Below are positions 52,137 through 62,414 of a stretch of DNA of 64,000 bases, piece by piece. Within the stretch, counting starts at the first letter, position 1; every line of letters begins with the position of its first letter. The stretch comes from Paludibacteraceae bacterium. Its GTDB lineage: Bacteria > Bacteroidota > Bacteroidia > Bacteroidales > Paludibacteraceae. The stretch spans positions 6,284-70,283 of the forward strand of contig JAKSKZ010000013.1 of NCBI GenBank assembly GCA_024401475.1. The letters run 5' to 3'. The position numbers were made by a program, and so were the translations under genes. Under the pieces are notes generated by a model that searched no databases, had not been told where the DNA came from, and was given only the letters and a program-made list of their open reading frames with translations.

Positions 52137-54974
52137 TTATTTCTTAGAGAACAATCTGAGGATTTCTCCGATCCAAAGAACTATGGATGTGCCACCGATG
52201 ATGTAAGCCCAATCCTCTATCTTGAGAGGTACAACGTTGAACATCTCGCCACCGATAGTGACAATCAAGATTTGACCAACGATGATACCGATTGCAATGC
52301 CCAAGAAGCCTGTGCAACCCTTGAAATGGAAGGCTGAACGACCTGTCATGAATGCACGAGCATTAAACATGTTCCAGAATTGAAGCATTACGAAAATCGT
52401 AAAGAACATACTCAACTCGTATGGTGTCAACTCATTGTCGGCTTCGAGACCTGCAAAGTTCAACAAGTCTGCCATTGAACTAATTTCATAGTGTTGGAAG
52501 ATGTAAAGCAATCCGAACAAGAAGAAGAAGAACAAACCACCAACACCCAAGATGCTGACAGCCATAGGCTTACTGATGATAAATGCCTCACGATCACGAG
52601 GATTGTCGTTCATAACCTTCTTTGTTGGAGGCAATGAAGCCAAAGCCATAGCGGCAAATGTATCCATGATCAAGTTCACCCACAACATTTGGGTTACTGT
52701 AAGCGGAGACTCTGTACCCATGAAGGCACCTACCAATACGATGAAACAAGCTACGACATTCACCGTCATTTGGAAGAGGATGAAGCGTTGGATGTTTTGA
52801 TACAATGAACGGCCCCACATCACGGCACGACCGATACTGCTGAATGAGTTGTCGATGATAGTGATGTCACTAGCCTCTTTGGCAACCGATGTACCGTCGC
52901 CCATAGAAAGACCGACGTGGGCAGCCTTCAACGCAGGCGCATCGTTTGTTCCGTCACCAGTAACGGCAACCACTTGGTTCTTCTTTTGCAAAGACTCAAC
53001 CAAACGTTTTTTATCCATTGGACGAGCACGAGCGATGATTTTCAAATCAAGCACACGATCCATCACCTCTTCGTCTGACAAAGCGGCAAATTCTGGACCT
53101 GTGATAATGTTTCTATCTGTATCGCCCTCTTTCCAAAGACCGATCTGACGACCAATCTCTCTTGCTGTTCCTGGCGTATCTCCAGTAACAATCTTAACGT
53201 TGATTCCAGCAGTCAAGCACTCGCCTACTGCGTCTGGTACATCGCTACGGACAGGGTCAGCGATAGCACAAACACCCAAGAATGTCAAGTTGTCTGCAGC
53301 CACCTTGTTCTCAACAATAGTCTTGTCGCCATCCTCCAAGATTTGATAAGCAAAACCAAGCGTTCTCATGGCTTGATTTTGATAGCCAAGCAACAATGCG
53401 TCGATAGCAGCCTTGTCTTTGTTAGCACAAGTCGTCTTACATAGAGAGTGAACAATTTCAGGAGCACCCTTTACATACAAAATCTTCTTTCCGTTGAGAA
53501 GAGATGATTTTACGACGGTAGCCATATATTTACGCTCCGTAGAGAATGGAAGTTCCTCAACGCGTTGAGCATTCTCCTTCAATGGCAAATAGTCGATGTT
53601 GTTAGCATTCAACCACAAAAGCAACGCACCTTCTGTTGGGTTACCCAAAACTATTGGCTTGTCTGGAGTTGACTTGTCCAAAGAAGCTGTTGAGTTTACG
53701 GCAATACCCTCAATGATGAGGTTGCTAAGTTCGTCGTTGCCCAATTTTTGGTCAGCCAAAGAGAAGAAGTTTGTCTCATGGATTCTCATTTGGTTTTGAG
53801 TAAGCGTACCAGTCTTATCCGTACAAATCACGGTTGTGGCACCCATAGTCTCGCAAGCGTGCATCTTACGAACCAAGTTTTGAGTCTGCAACATTCTACG
53901 CATACTGTAAGCCAAGCTCAATGTGACAGCCATTGGCAAACCTTCTGGAACAGCCACAACGATAAGTGTTACGGCAATCATCAATGTGTTAAGCGTATAA
54001 GCCAACAAAGAAGAAAGTTCGCTTCCAACATAATTGTTGATGCCAACTACGGCTCCGATAAACACCGCGAAGAAACCAACAACGATAGAGATGCAAGTTG
54101 TCGCACTGAACTCATCAAACTTCTTGATGAGAAGATAGAAGAATATGGCAACAGGCAAAATCAAAGTGAATGCCATCGGATTCCATTCGAAGAACACCAA
54201 CAATTTACCGACAATGATAAGAGCTGCGAAGATGTAACTCATGTTGGTGATCATGTTACCAAGACCATCCAATTGCTCGTTAAGAGGAGTCTTAACGCTG
54301 TCGTCAATTTGAGCAGCTTCGAAAACCTTACCATTTTCAGTCTTGTCTCCTACTGCAAACACACGCATAACTCCGTGGCCTTCCATCACCTTGGTGCCTC
54401 TCATGACATGGTTGGATGCAAATGTAGCTTCCTTGTCAAACTCCTCAACCACAGTCGTTTTAGCACAAATAGGCTCTCCTGTCAATGTTGATTCGTCAAC
54501 GTGGAGAGTAACGGATTCTAACAACTCACCATCGGCAGGGATCTCATCACCTGTCTCGATGATGACAATGTCGCCGACAACGATGTCTTTTTTGCTAATT
54601 TGGCTTGTGTTTCCGTTACGGATAACCTTAACAAGCTCATCATCATTCACTTGGTTGAGAATAGCAAACTCACGGTCTGCCTTCAACTCGAAGATGAACG
54701 CCAATCCTGTTGCCAACAAAATGGCAACGAAAATACCGATTGGTTCAAAAAATACGCCAAGCCCTTCATTTAGACCGAAATACTCATAGCAAGAGATTCC
54801 GATAGAGAGCACTCCGGCAACAAGCAAAATTATGATGAGAGGATCGCTGAACTTCTCAAGGAATTTCATCCATAGCGGCTCCTTCTCAGGCGGAGTGAGA
54901 ATATTCACACCGTTTTTCTGCCTACTCTCTAACACTTCTGCGTCAGAGAGTCCTACGTAATGTTGTTTTTGCAT
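52137..54974 (-). CDS. calcium-translocating P-type ATPase (PMCA/SERCA-like, type IIA/IIB)
   Basis: 945 aa. It has the phosphorylation site CTDKTGTLT, the actuator TGEP, the hinge TGDGTNDAPALK, an N-terminal cation-ATPase domain and 10 TM segments. Confidence 0.92.
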   Translation of the reverse strand: MQKQHYVGLSDAEVLESRQKNGVNILTPPEKEPLWMKFLEKFSDPLIIILLVAGVLSIGISCYEYFGLNEGLGVFFEPIGIFVAILLATGLAFIFELKADREFAILNQVNDDELVKVIRNGNTSQISKKDIVVGDIVIIETGDEIPADGELLESVTLHVDESTLTGEPICAKTTVVEEFDKEATFASNHVMRGTKVMEGHGVMRVFAVGDKTENGKVFEAAQIDDSVKTPLNEQLDGLGNMITNMSYIFAALIIVGKLLVFFEWNPMAFTLILPVAIFFYLLIKKFDEFSATTCISIVVGFFAVFIGAVVGINNYVGSELSSLLAYTLNTLMIAVTLIVVAVPEGLPMAVTLSLAYSMRRMLQTQNLVRKMHACETMGATTVICTDKTGTLTQNQMRIHETNFFSLADQKLGNDELSNLIIEGIAVNSTASLDKSTPDKPIVLGNPTEGALLLWLNANNIDYLPLKENAQRVEELPFSTERKYMATVVKSSLLNGKKILYVKGAPEIVHSLCKTTCANKDKAAIDALLLGYQNQAMRTLGFAYQILEDGDKTIVENKVAADNLTFLGVCAIADPVRSDVPDAVGECLTAGINVKIVTGDTPGTAREIGRQIGLWKEGDTDRNIITGPEFAALSDEEVMDRVLDLKIIARARPMDKKRLVESLQKKNQVVAVTGDGTNDAPALKAAHVGLSMGDGTSVAKEASDITIIDNSFSSIGRAVMWGRSLYQNIQRFILFQMTVNVVACFIVLVGAFMGTESPLTVTQMLWVNLIMDTFAAMALASLPPTKKVMNDNPRDREAFIISKPMAVSILGVGGLFFFFLFGLLYIFQHYEISSMADLLNFAGLEADNELTPYELSMFFTIFVMLQFWNMFNARAFMTGRSAFHFKGCTGFLGIAIGIIVGQILIVTIGGEMFNVVPLKIEDWAYIIGGTSIVLWIGEILRLFSKK

Positions 54975-55072
54975 AAAAATTATTATTAATGTTTTGATAT
55001 ATCAATTTTAAGTTCTAATAACAACCAAGCTAAATACTTTTCTATTGAACTTATCTCCAATCATCCAAATTG

Positions 55073-55080
55073 CAAATATA
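55073..55080 (-). promoter_or_regulatory. candidate -7 promoter box (TAnnTTTG) for the Ca-ATPase gene
   Basis: Plus-strand caaatata is tatatttg on the minus strand. It lies about 100 nt upstream of the ATG at 54974, inside the 180-nt gap after the PrsW gene. Confidence 0.35.
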
Positions 55081-55154
55081 GTGAATTTCTTAAAGTTATG
55101 CTTTACGAAATCTTATTTCATTTATGAATAATTATTGAACCCTATTGAAAATGA

Positions 55155-56195
55155 TTAATCTCGCAATTTTGACTGGTAATTTGTGCTATCCTTCAAGTAG
55201 GTCATAAGCAATACAACACTGACAAAAGTTATAGGATAGGCAATTAGAATGGTCCCGAGGAAACTTCCACAGAAGGTGTCGTATACGCCGTGCAGAACTG
55301 CTGGAATAGTAATTGCCAAGAAATAGAGCGAAATTCGATATTTGGGATATAGCTTGGCAAAAGAGATGAAATATCCCGCAATTCCACTCCAAATGGCATG
55401 GAAAAATGGAAGGCTGGTCAATCGTGCAATGTTTGCCAAAAATCCGTCCCCGTAATTCAACTGTGAGTTGAGCGTCATTTGATATTGGACACCTTCAAAA
55501 ACACCAAATGCAATTCCCGACATAAGTCCGTAAAACACAAGCGTTTGAGGAATTAAGGGTTGTTTGGCATATTTGAAAATCAATAGCAAAGGAAGAAGTT
55601 TCACTGTTTCCTCTGTCACCCCAACACCAAACACAAAACCTATCAAATTCAGAGGAAAAGACATATCCAAAAATGAATAGAAAGGATTTAGGGAAGGTAA
55701 TCCTAACAGGCTCCATACGAGAAATATGAATGCTTGCGTACAAAAAAAGACCGACAGGGTACTTTTTAGAGTAACTTGTTGTGTCTTAAAAAGATAATAG
55801 AAAAACATTGCCCATATTGCCGAAAAATAGAGGGAAACGAAATAGAACATCAAGTAGCCACTTCCTAAAAATGAACCTAAAACTAAAGGCAACATTCCCA
55901 CCAAAGCCATAGTCATCAACTTTTTGTCAGAGAGCCATGCTTTGTTTTCGAATGCTTCGCGTGGTATAACTAATTCGCTTCCTATGGTTTGAAGTTGGGA
56001 TATCAAGCCTCCGTTGTGTTCGATTTGAGGTTTTAAACCCAACCTCTTCAAAAAATATCCAACAGTATCCTCCTCTGAAGTGTTGCTGTCAATTGCCTTA
56101 TCTACAAGAAGAATTTTCCCTGAATTGACAAAAGACAAGACTACAGATTCATCGTATGGTCCGTATTGAGTATTATTTCTAATGATATAGAGCAT
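55155..56195 (-). CDS. GYF_2-like domain fused to a PrsW-family intramembrane protease
   Basis: 346 aa. The N terminus MLYIIRNNTQYGPYDESVVLSFVNSGKILLVDKAID fits the GYF_2 pattern (Y....G...GP(F/Y)....V......G.I). About 8 TM segments carry PrsW-type motifs: TEETVKLLP (EExxK), FGVFEG and FHAIWSGIAG. Confidence 0.72.
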   Translation of the reverse strand: MLYIIRNNTQYGPYDESVVLSFVNSGKILLVDKAIDSNTSEEDTVGYFLKRLGLKPQIEHNGGLISQLQTIGSELVIPREAFENKAWLSDKKLMTMALVGMLPLVLGSFLGSGYLMFYFVSLYFSAIWAMFFYYLFKTQQVTLKSTLSVFFCTQAFIFLVWSLLGLPSLNPFYSFLDMSFPLNLIGFVFGVGVTEETVKLLPLLLIFKYAKQPLIPQTLVFYGLMSGIAFGVFEGVQYQMTLNSQLNYGDGFLANIARLTSLPFFHAIWSGIAGYFISFAKLYPKYRISLYFLAITIPAVLHGVYDTFCGSFLGTILIAYPITFVSVVLLMTYLKDSTNYQSKLRD

Positions 56196-56246
56196 CTGTA
56201 TTTTCTAAAGAAATGATTTAAAAATAATTTCTTACTTACTTATCAT

Positions 56247-57722
56247 TCAATTATTTACCAATTGTACAATAATTAACCTACCTCCGTCTTCTGTAGAGAG
56301 AAGAATTTTCTTTCCTTCAGTTAGTTCTACAAACTGACCGATTTCTATCTTCTTATCAAGATCTTTGTCATAAAGACTATTCAATCTTCTATTAATCAAG
56401 ATCCATTTGCCATTATGGAAATGGAAATCCCCTACTGGCTTTTTATCCTCATCTTTTGTCTTTTCGTTAGGAGTGATGAATCGATTGACATGCCACATAT
56501 AGAGGGTTTGTTTGTCATAGACCATCAACCTATAATTTTCTGGTTTGAAGACGCCTGCCTTGGGTGAATAATATAAGTTGAGGATAGGTAAAACGCCGTG
56601 AAACTCTGTGCCACAGAATGGGCATTTCGGTTTCAACTTGTTGTCAAAAACAAACCAATGTTCTTGGCACTTAGGGTTTTGACATGGTTGCACCAAATCC
56701 GTCGTCTTGATCAATGCCTCTTCCCATTCGTTAGCCGTTGGGCGTAAAGACGGATTGTGCAAGCCATCGATGAAAGCCCTATCAAACAACGCTTTAAGGT
56801 ATGGGCCAGTTATTGTATAAGGCAATTTTGTCACATCTCCTTGAGGCAATTCGCTGGGAGCCAATTGATCTACTTTTGGACGGTTGCTTGTATCTGTAGG
56901 ATGTTCGATGAACAAAGCCTTTGCACCCATTGTCAGCTCCTCATCTTTGGCAGGTTCCAAATCGTGTACCTTTCCTCCGCGCAAAGGATGACGATAGAGC
57001 AAATACATATAGATTAAAACAGCCAACGCATGGCGGTCAGTCGCAATGCTAGGCAATTTTTTATTGGGGTCGCTCAACGGCAATGCTCTAGTTTCCAATA
57101 CCTCCGGTGCAATGAAATCAGGTGTGCCCACAACATCTGGCGGGTACTTACCAGGCACCACAAGTCCGTCAATATCAATGATAGAGGCTCTTCCAGTCTC
57201 CGGATCCACCAAAACGTTCTTGTAAGAAAGGTCTGAATGGGCCAAACCGGCAGAGTGTAAGCGTTTAACCGCTCTTGCAATCTGTATGCACATGTGATAG
57301 TGCGTCAGCCAAGTTCCCTTTTCTGATTCAGTGAGGAATTTGTTCCTCAATTTGGCAGAAGCGAACCATTTACCTTCCTTTTCCTTTCCTTGGAATTTTC
57401 CGCTACTGAAAAAGAAATGAGATTGATATGTTGGACAGACAATGCCTATTTTACCATTCCATTCAACCATTTTGGTTGGCCAGCAAAAGAGATTCTTCCA
57501 ATATTCTCCACCCTCTTGATTGAAAATTCGCTCACGATAAATGCCTGTAATGTTTTGCAAACGATCTTTTGCATTTGCATCTTGCTTATCACGAAAGAAG
57601 CCTACAACATAGCTCTTGTCTGGACTGAAATAGACATCCTTCATGGCGCCTTGTCCCTTTATCTCGTCAACAAATTCAACTTTGGAACCGTCTGTCGCTG
57701 TCAGTTTTATAATCTGTGCCAT
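56247..57722 (-). CDS. eukaryotic-like Ser/Thr protein kinase with zinc ribbon and C-terminal beta-rich domain (TerY-P-type kinase)
   Basis: 491 aa. It has the catalytic loop LAHSDLSYKNVLV, the metal-binding IIDIDG and the activation-segment end GTPDFIAPE. A CQNPKCQEHW...CPFCG zinc ribbon and a roughly 110-aa C-terminal domain follow. Confidence 0.78.
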   Translation of the reverse strand: MAQIIKLTATDGSKVEFVDEIKGQGAMKDVYFSPDKSYVVGFFRDKQDANAKDRLQNITGIYRERIFNQEGGEYWKNLFCWPTKMVEWNGKIGIVCPTYQSHFFFSSGKFQGKEKEGKWFASAKLRNKFLTESEKGTWLTHYHMCIQIARAVKRLHSAGLAHSDLSYKNVLVDPETGRASIIDIDGLVVPGKYPPDVVGTPDFIAPEVLETRALPLSDPNKKLPSIATDRHALAVLIYMYLLYRHPLRGGKVHDLEPAKDEELTMGAKALFIEHPTDTSNRPKVDQLAPSELPQGDVTKLPYTITGPYLKALFDRAFIDGLHNPSLRPTANEWEEALIKTTDLVQPCQNPKCQEHWFVFDNKLKPKCPFCGTEFHGVLPILNLYYSPKAGVFKPENYRLMVYDKQTLYMWHVNRFITPNEKTKDEDKKPVGDFHFHNGKWILINRRLNSLYDKDLDKKIEIGQFVELTEGKKILLSTEDGGRLIIVQLVNN

Positions 57723-57724
57723 AT

Positions 57725-59125
57725 TTAGTATAAAATCGCAATTGTTCTATCGTCGTGGTTGCCTGAAGACCAAAAATCCAACCAACTCAATAGTTTTTCG
57801 TTTATCTGTTCGTTGTTATTTGAAAAATCAATCTCATGATTGAGGTTTTCCCATAGTTTGTCCCACATCTCCACTTTATTCAAATTCGCATCTGTTTCAA
57901 ACATAGGGTCTGAAACTCCATCTGACATCAAGAATAGACTAGTAAAGTCCTCCACGATGGCAAATTTCAGACGTCCGTAGAGAGAAGCCGTGTCTGAAAA
58001 AATTTCTGGCATGGTCAAAAAACGAGTCTGTCCTGCATATTCACCGCCATCAGGAGTTCCCATTAGATTAATTCGATGGGAGCTCTTGTCGTAAATACAA
58101 ATTGCACCATCACCAACCCAAAAAGAGGCGATGAACCATCCGAACTCAAACTTCTTGCAGATTGTTAGCAATAGTGTCGTGGCATAATCTTTTAGTTGTG
58201 CTCCTTTCAAAGTCGCTTCGTCCTTAATGGCACGATGTGCTTTAAAAGCCGCATTTCCAACTATATTCCAAAGGTTATCTCCGACATATTTTCTATTGGT
58301 TGGATTCTCCGCATCGTCATTATAGAATTTTATAAACTCCTCAAACATGGTAGAATCTTTCAAAGCCTCTTTGCAATGGTTGATGACCGTTTCGCAGGCA
58401 ATTTGAGAGCCTTTTCGTGAGTATTTTGCAGACCCCGCCCCATCAGCCACAGCAGTTAAATACCACTTTGAGTCTGTATATTCAATCTTAAAGTCATCGT
58501 CTCTTGCTTTGCCCTCGTGTGCGTGCGAACGGCCACGCTGACTAGCTACAACAACATTCTTCTCATTCTCGACAGATAACAAGAACGATTCAGAATCAGG
58601 TTTGTAATACTCTATTTCAGAGGAAGTTGGAATATTTTTCCATAAAGATCGTGGGTCGGGATTCACTGCAATATGAAAAACTCTTTCCAATATGTTTTTT
58701 CCAGGAATCCAACCTCGATAATAGCACTTCATTTTTATATCAAAATCGCCTGCAATGGTCGGTGTTCCTTTTATCGTAAACGCATTAGCCGCTTCGTCTT
58801 TTAAAAATTGAAGACCGACATTTTCTAAACCTTCGAATTCGATTCTTTCAAACTCGTCATCATCAATGATGAACGATTGAGCGTATTCTTTATTGGTAGT
58901 TCCATTGGGGAACGATATATCAAGTGCATTCATTTTATCTTGGATTGAGGATTCCTTTTCTTGCCAATTTTGAGTGTAACTAACCCATAATTTTTCCACT
59001 GAGAAATTGATGAATTCTTCAAACATTTCCGGGGATATGCTTGTCCCGAATGAATTCAACTTCTCTTTTATTAGACAAGACATTTCTCTGTTTTGTATTT
59101 CTTTTTCCGAATTATTTTCGTCCAT
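57725..59125 (-). CDS. PP2C-family protein phosphatase with about 190-aa N-terminal extension
   Basis: 466 aa. PP2C motifs: LTAVADGAGSAKYS and LFLMSDGVSDP. The N-terminal part contains an Ig-like-looking segment (FTIKGTPTIAGDFDIKMKCYY). Its stop lies 2 nt before the kinase ATG. Confidence 0.8.
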   Translation of the reverse strand: MDENNSEKEIQNREMSCLIKEKLNSFGTSISPEMFEEFINFSVEKLWVSYTQNWQEKESSIQDKMNALDISFPNGTTNKEYAQSFIIDDDEFERIEFEGLENVGLQFLKDEAANAFTIKGTPTIAGDFDIKMKCYYRGWIPGKNILERVFHIAVNPDPRSLWKNIPTSSEIEYYKPDSESFLLSVENEKNVVVASQRGRSHAHEGKARDDDFKIEYTDSKWYLTAVADGAGSAKYSRKGSQIACETVINHCKEALKDSTMFEEFIKFYNDDAENPTNRKYVGDNLWNIVGNAAFKAHRAIKDEATLKGAQLKDYATTLLLTICKKFEFGWFIASFWVGDGAICIYDKSSHRINLMGTPDGGEYAGQTRFLTMPEIFSDTASLYGRLKFAIVEDFTSLFLMSDGVSDPMFETDANLNKVEMWDKLWENLNHEIDFSNNNEQINEKLLSWLDFWSSGNHDDRTIAILY

Positions 59126-59156
59126 TCTTTCTTCGTTAATAGTTTAACATTGGCAG

Positions 59157-59777
59157 TTATAAAAATGAGGTGGGACTAATATACACTTTTCCTGGTCCTT
59201 TTACCTGTAGTAAACTTAGGCCTTCACCATGAAACATATTCGATATAGACCAATTGGCACTTATCTGGTTCTCGGAAACACCTTGCAATGCCAACAAATG
59301 GTTTTCATCCACCTCTATGCTTTCGTTATATGCTAAATCTATGGTTATTGGCGAACCGATACTATCTATAAATACAGTTGCCGAACCTTCGATTTTTTGA
59401 AGGAAGGAGACGCCACTCATTAATCCGTTAATCGAGATTCCAAGTCCTAGTTCGACTTTGTTAGTGGCTGCAATATATGCCCCTCTCCTACACAAGAAAC
59501 GTTCACCATTCAACTTTATAGGCAATATGCCGGCTCTGCTGGCAAATGTCATTTTTTTAGTTTGAGTGGATTTATTTTCATACTCAATAATGAAAATGGA
59601 TTCTCCCGACAACTTGGATTTGACAATTGAAGTCAAAGAAGAGCCGGTTGTCTGCAAACTTTTGTCTATGCCGCTTTCTAAATAGACCAAAGTTCCTTTT
59701 TCTGCATAAAACTTTTCTCCAGGTTCAAGCGTCACTTGGAGTGTTCGAAATTCGTATCCAGTTAATTTACATTCCAT
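59157..59777 (-). CDS. AIM24 / TIGR00266-like family protein
   Basis: 206 aa and beta-rich. It fits the family pattern: LEPGEKFYAEKGTLVYL, GESIFIIEY, RRGAYIAAT and the C-terminal GEGLSLLQVKGPGKVYI. Confidence 0.72.
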   Translation of the reverse strand: MECKLTGYEFRTLQVTLEPGEKFYAEKGTLVYLESGIDKSLQTTGSSLTSIVKSKLSGESIFIIEYENKSTQTKKMTFASRAGILPIKLNGERFLCRRGAYIAATNKVELGLGISINGLMSGVSFLQKIEGSATVFIDSIGSPITIDLAYNESIEVDENHLLALQGVSENQISANWSISNMFHGEGLSLLQVKGPGKVYISPTSFL

Positions 59778-59807
59778 TATTGTTCTATTCGTATATTCAG
59801 TTATTCT

Positions 59808-60443
59808 TTAAATGACAATATTAACTTCTTCTGGCGGAGGAGGTAAGACTAAGTCTTCCACGGCTCCTATGCTTTTGTTGCCGACTCCTATAGAATCTGA
59901 AACCCATTTGAAAAATTGCTTGAATGTTGTACTGTCTGCCGTATCCAAAGAGAATACCTGATTAGTCAGCATTTTTAGTGGATCTGTTTGAGCATGCATA
60001 CCAGCTGCACAAGCTACAATACTTGCAAAGTGACGTTTCTTCACCTCTGGAATCATGCTATTATACAATTGAATATCAGAAGGTTTTCCGTCTGTCATCA
60101 AGAATAACAAAGGCATCCAATCTCCTTTCTGTTGGGTGGAACTGAGTTTCACCTCTTTATCAACCACAGAACATAGCAATTCTAATGCCGCTCCCGTATG
60201 AGTTGGACCGGAGTCAGGCGTTGTTATTGTTGGCAACTGAAACTCTCCTATTTGCGTCAAAGGATTCAATTGTTTAACCTCTCGGTCGTAGGTGATGATA
60301 CTCAACCACACCGTTTCCAAAGCATACGGATCTTGACGAAGAGATGCCAGCATAGCTTCCAAACCGACTTTTACAGATTCTATCGGCTCTCCTTTCATCG
60401 ATCCTGATGTATCTATCAATAAATAAACTGGTAATCTGCGCAT
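59808..60443 (-). CDS. vWA domain protein (TerY-like), copy 2
   Basis: 211 aa. It has the MIDAS motif LLIDTSGSM, then LFLMTDGKPSD, and the C-terminal tail LPPPPEEVNIVI. Confidence 0.85.
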   Translation of the reverse strand: MRRLPVYLLIDTSGSMKGEPIESVKVGLEAMLASLRQDPYALETVWLSIITYDREVKQLNPLTQIGEFQLPTITTPDSGPTHTGAALELLCSVVDKEVKLSSTQQKGDWMPLLFLMTDGKPSDIQLYNSMIPEVKKRHFASIVACAAGMHAQTDPLKMLTNQVFSLDTADSTTFKQFFKWVSDSIGVGNKSIGAVEDLVLPPPPEEVNIVI

Positions 60444-60526
60444 ATTCTATTCTCCCCTTTTAAAAATGCGGACAGAGCTCCACAATTGAGAGAAACTCCA
60501 TCCGCTTGTCTTTGTGAGATTAATCA

Positions 60527-61165
60527 CTACACCACAATGTTTACTTCAGGTGGTGGAGGTGGCAACTCGCTCATGCTTGTCATTTCGGTTCCAGCATCCT
60601 CAACTTTCATGCTTCCTGCACTGACTGAGGCAGAAACCCATTTGAAGAATGACTTGATGGTTGCACTATCGGCTGTGTCCAATTGAACAACACACTCTGT
60701 AATCTTTTTAAGAGTTTCAGTGTTAGCTCCTTGGCCGGCAGCACAAGCCACTACCATTCCAAATTTGCGTTTCTTGAACTCTGCCAAACCTGCATTCAAA
60801 TCGTCTGTTGGTTCGCCGTCGGTCATAATGAAAACCAAAGGTTTCCAATCGCCCTTCTTTTCCATGGTTGATTTGGTCACTTCCGCATCTACTCTATTGG
60901 CCAAAAGAGCAAGTGCTTCACCTAATGCAGTACAACCATTGGCTGTGATATTAGGTTGTTGGAAACTTGACAATTCCGTAAGCGGAGTAATCTGCTTTGC
61001 AGAACTATCGAAGGTAATGATGCTCAAAAACGCAGTTTCCAACGCGTAAGGATCTGTCCTTAATGTAGAGACCAAAACCTGCACACCATTCTTGACGGCC
61101 TCAATAGGCTCGCCATACATAGAACCTGATGTGTCTAACAAAATGTAAACTGGTAATCTCCTCAT
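60527..61165 (-). CDS. vWA domain protein (TerY-like), copy 1
   Basis: 212 aa. It has the MIDAS motif ILLDTSGSM, then VFIMTDGEPTD, and the C-terminal tail LPPPPPEVNIVV. Confidence 0.85.
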   Translation of the reverse strand: MRRLPVYILLDTSGSMYGEPIEAVKNGVQVLVSTLRTDPYALETAFLSIITFDSSAKQITPLTELSSFQQPNITANGCTALGEALALLANRVDAEVTKSTMEKKGDWKPLVFIMTDGEPTDDLNAGLAEFKKRKFGMVVACAAGQGANTETLKKITECVVQLDTADSATIKSFFKWVSASVSAGSMKVEDAGTEMTSMSELPPPPPEVNIVV

Positions 61166-61176
61166 TTTCCTATAAA

Positions 61177-61839
61177 TTATTTAGCGTAATTTTTTAAGAT
61201 TCTGTCTATTGTGTAGCAGAGATTTTGATCTTTGTAAGCATCGCCAATTGCAGCGAACTTCCACTCCCCATTGTGACGGTACAACTTACCCATAATTAGA
61301 GCAGTTGCTCCTTTGTATTGAGGATGAGATGAAACATCATATTTGGCAAAAACATCTTTCACCTTCGATGGAGTTCCTTCAAACATGCGGATGTATGCGT
61401 ATGGAATTTCCGAAAAGTCCTCTTTCCCACAGTTATTGAGGAAGAAGAAGATTTGTTGGACATTCGGATCAACCTTGTTCAAATTAACTGTAATAATCTC
61501 ATTGTCAAGTTCATCGTTACTGCCACTATCTCCCTTCAAATCATCACCGGAATGATGGAATGCGCCATCAGATGAATCTACCTTTCCTGGTTTCCTACCG
61601 AATTTGCTTAAAAAATCCGTTCTGTAAAGAGGCGAATAAATGTGGTCGTATAAATTGCCGTCGGCATCAATCATGATGCAACTCAAGTCCAAATCGACAT
61701 CCGTTACATTTTTCATCAAGCCGAAAAATGATCTGTTTTCTATACCTCCCCAATTACAACCAACACAAAACTCTGTTAGTTTTGAACCATTTGACTTCTC
61801 CAAATTGATTCTTTGTCCTTTTTCCAATCGTATAGCCAT
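61177..61839 (-). CDS. divergent TerD-family protein (TerZ/TerX-like)
   Basis: 220 aa. The N terminus MAIRLEKGQRINLEK, the loop SGDDLKGDSGSNDELDNEIITVNL and the C-terminal GEWKFAAIGDAY follow the TerD fold pattern, with insertions. Confidence 0.8.
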   Translation of the reverse strand: MAIRLEKGQRINLEKSNGSKLTEFCVGCNWGGIENRSFFGLMKNVTDVDLDLSCIMIDADGNLYDHIYSPLYRTDFLSKFGRKPGKVDSSDGAFHHSGDDLKGDSGSNDELDNEIITVNLNKVDPNVQQIFFFLNNCGKEDFSEIPYAYIRMFEGTPSKVKDVFAKYDVSSHPQYKGATALIMGKLYRHNGEWKFAAIGDAYKDQNLCYTIDRILKNYAK

Positions 61840-61846
61840 AATCGTA

Positions 61847-62398
61847 TCAATTATATTTTGTCAAATAACCTTCCAATCCTTGCTTGTCGCCAACACCTGC
61901 GGCTTCAAACTTCCAAACTCCATTCTTTTTATAAATACGGCCGAATTCGACAGAAGTTTCGATGCTGAAATCCTCCTCCAATTCGTATTTCAAGATTTCC
62001 TCTTTTGTGTCTGTATTGTAGATACGAACAAAAGAGTTGTGAACTTGACCGAAGTTTTGCTTGCGTTCGGTAGCCTTGTGAATAGTAACAACAATACGGA
62101 TGTCCTCTGCTCTGAAATCAATTTTGCTCAAATCGATAAGGATGCTTTCGTCATCGCCCTCTCCGTCACCCGTAAGGTTATCACCCGTGTGGACGACTGC
62201 TTCGTCGGGTGATTTCAAGTTGTTGTAAAAGACGAAATATTCGTCAGAGATCAATTTTTGGTTGCTTCCCAAGATAAAAACAGAAGCATCCAAGTCAAAA
62301 TCATTACCTGACGCTGATTGGTTGACGTCCCAACCCAATCCGATGGTGAATTTCATAACCTCCAAATTCACCCTTTGTCCTTTCTCCAAATTAATCAT
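61847..62398 (-). CDS. TerD-family stress protein
   Basis: 183 aa. Motifs: MINLEKGQRVNL, DLDASVF, the acidic Ca-binding loop HTGDNLTGDGEGDDESILIDL, and GVWKFEAAGVG. Confidence 0.9.
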   Translation of the reverse strand: MINLEKGQRVNLEVMKFTIGLGWDVNQSASGNDFDLDASVFILGSNQKLISDEYFVFYNNLKSPDEAVVHTGDNLTGDGEGDDESILIDLSKIDFRAEDIRIVVTIHKATERKQNFGQVHNSFVRIYNTDTKEEILKYELEEDFSIETSVEFGRIYKKNGVWKFEAAGVGDKQGLEGYLTKYN

Positions 62399-62414
62399 AT
62401 TTGCGTAATCTTAT

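Noticed and set aside
53748-54491. 247-aa plus-strand ORF, along with several other ORFs of 60-150 aa antisense to 52137..54974.
   Set aside because: It is embedded antisense in the Ca-ATPase gene, whose P-type motifs are all intact. It has no start context or recognisable motif.
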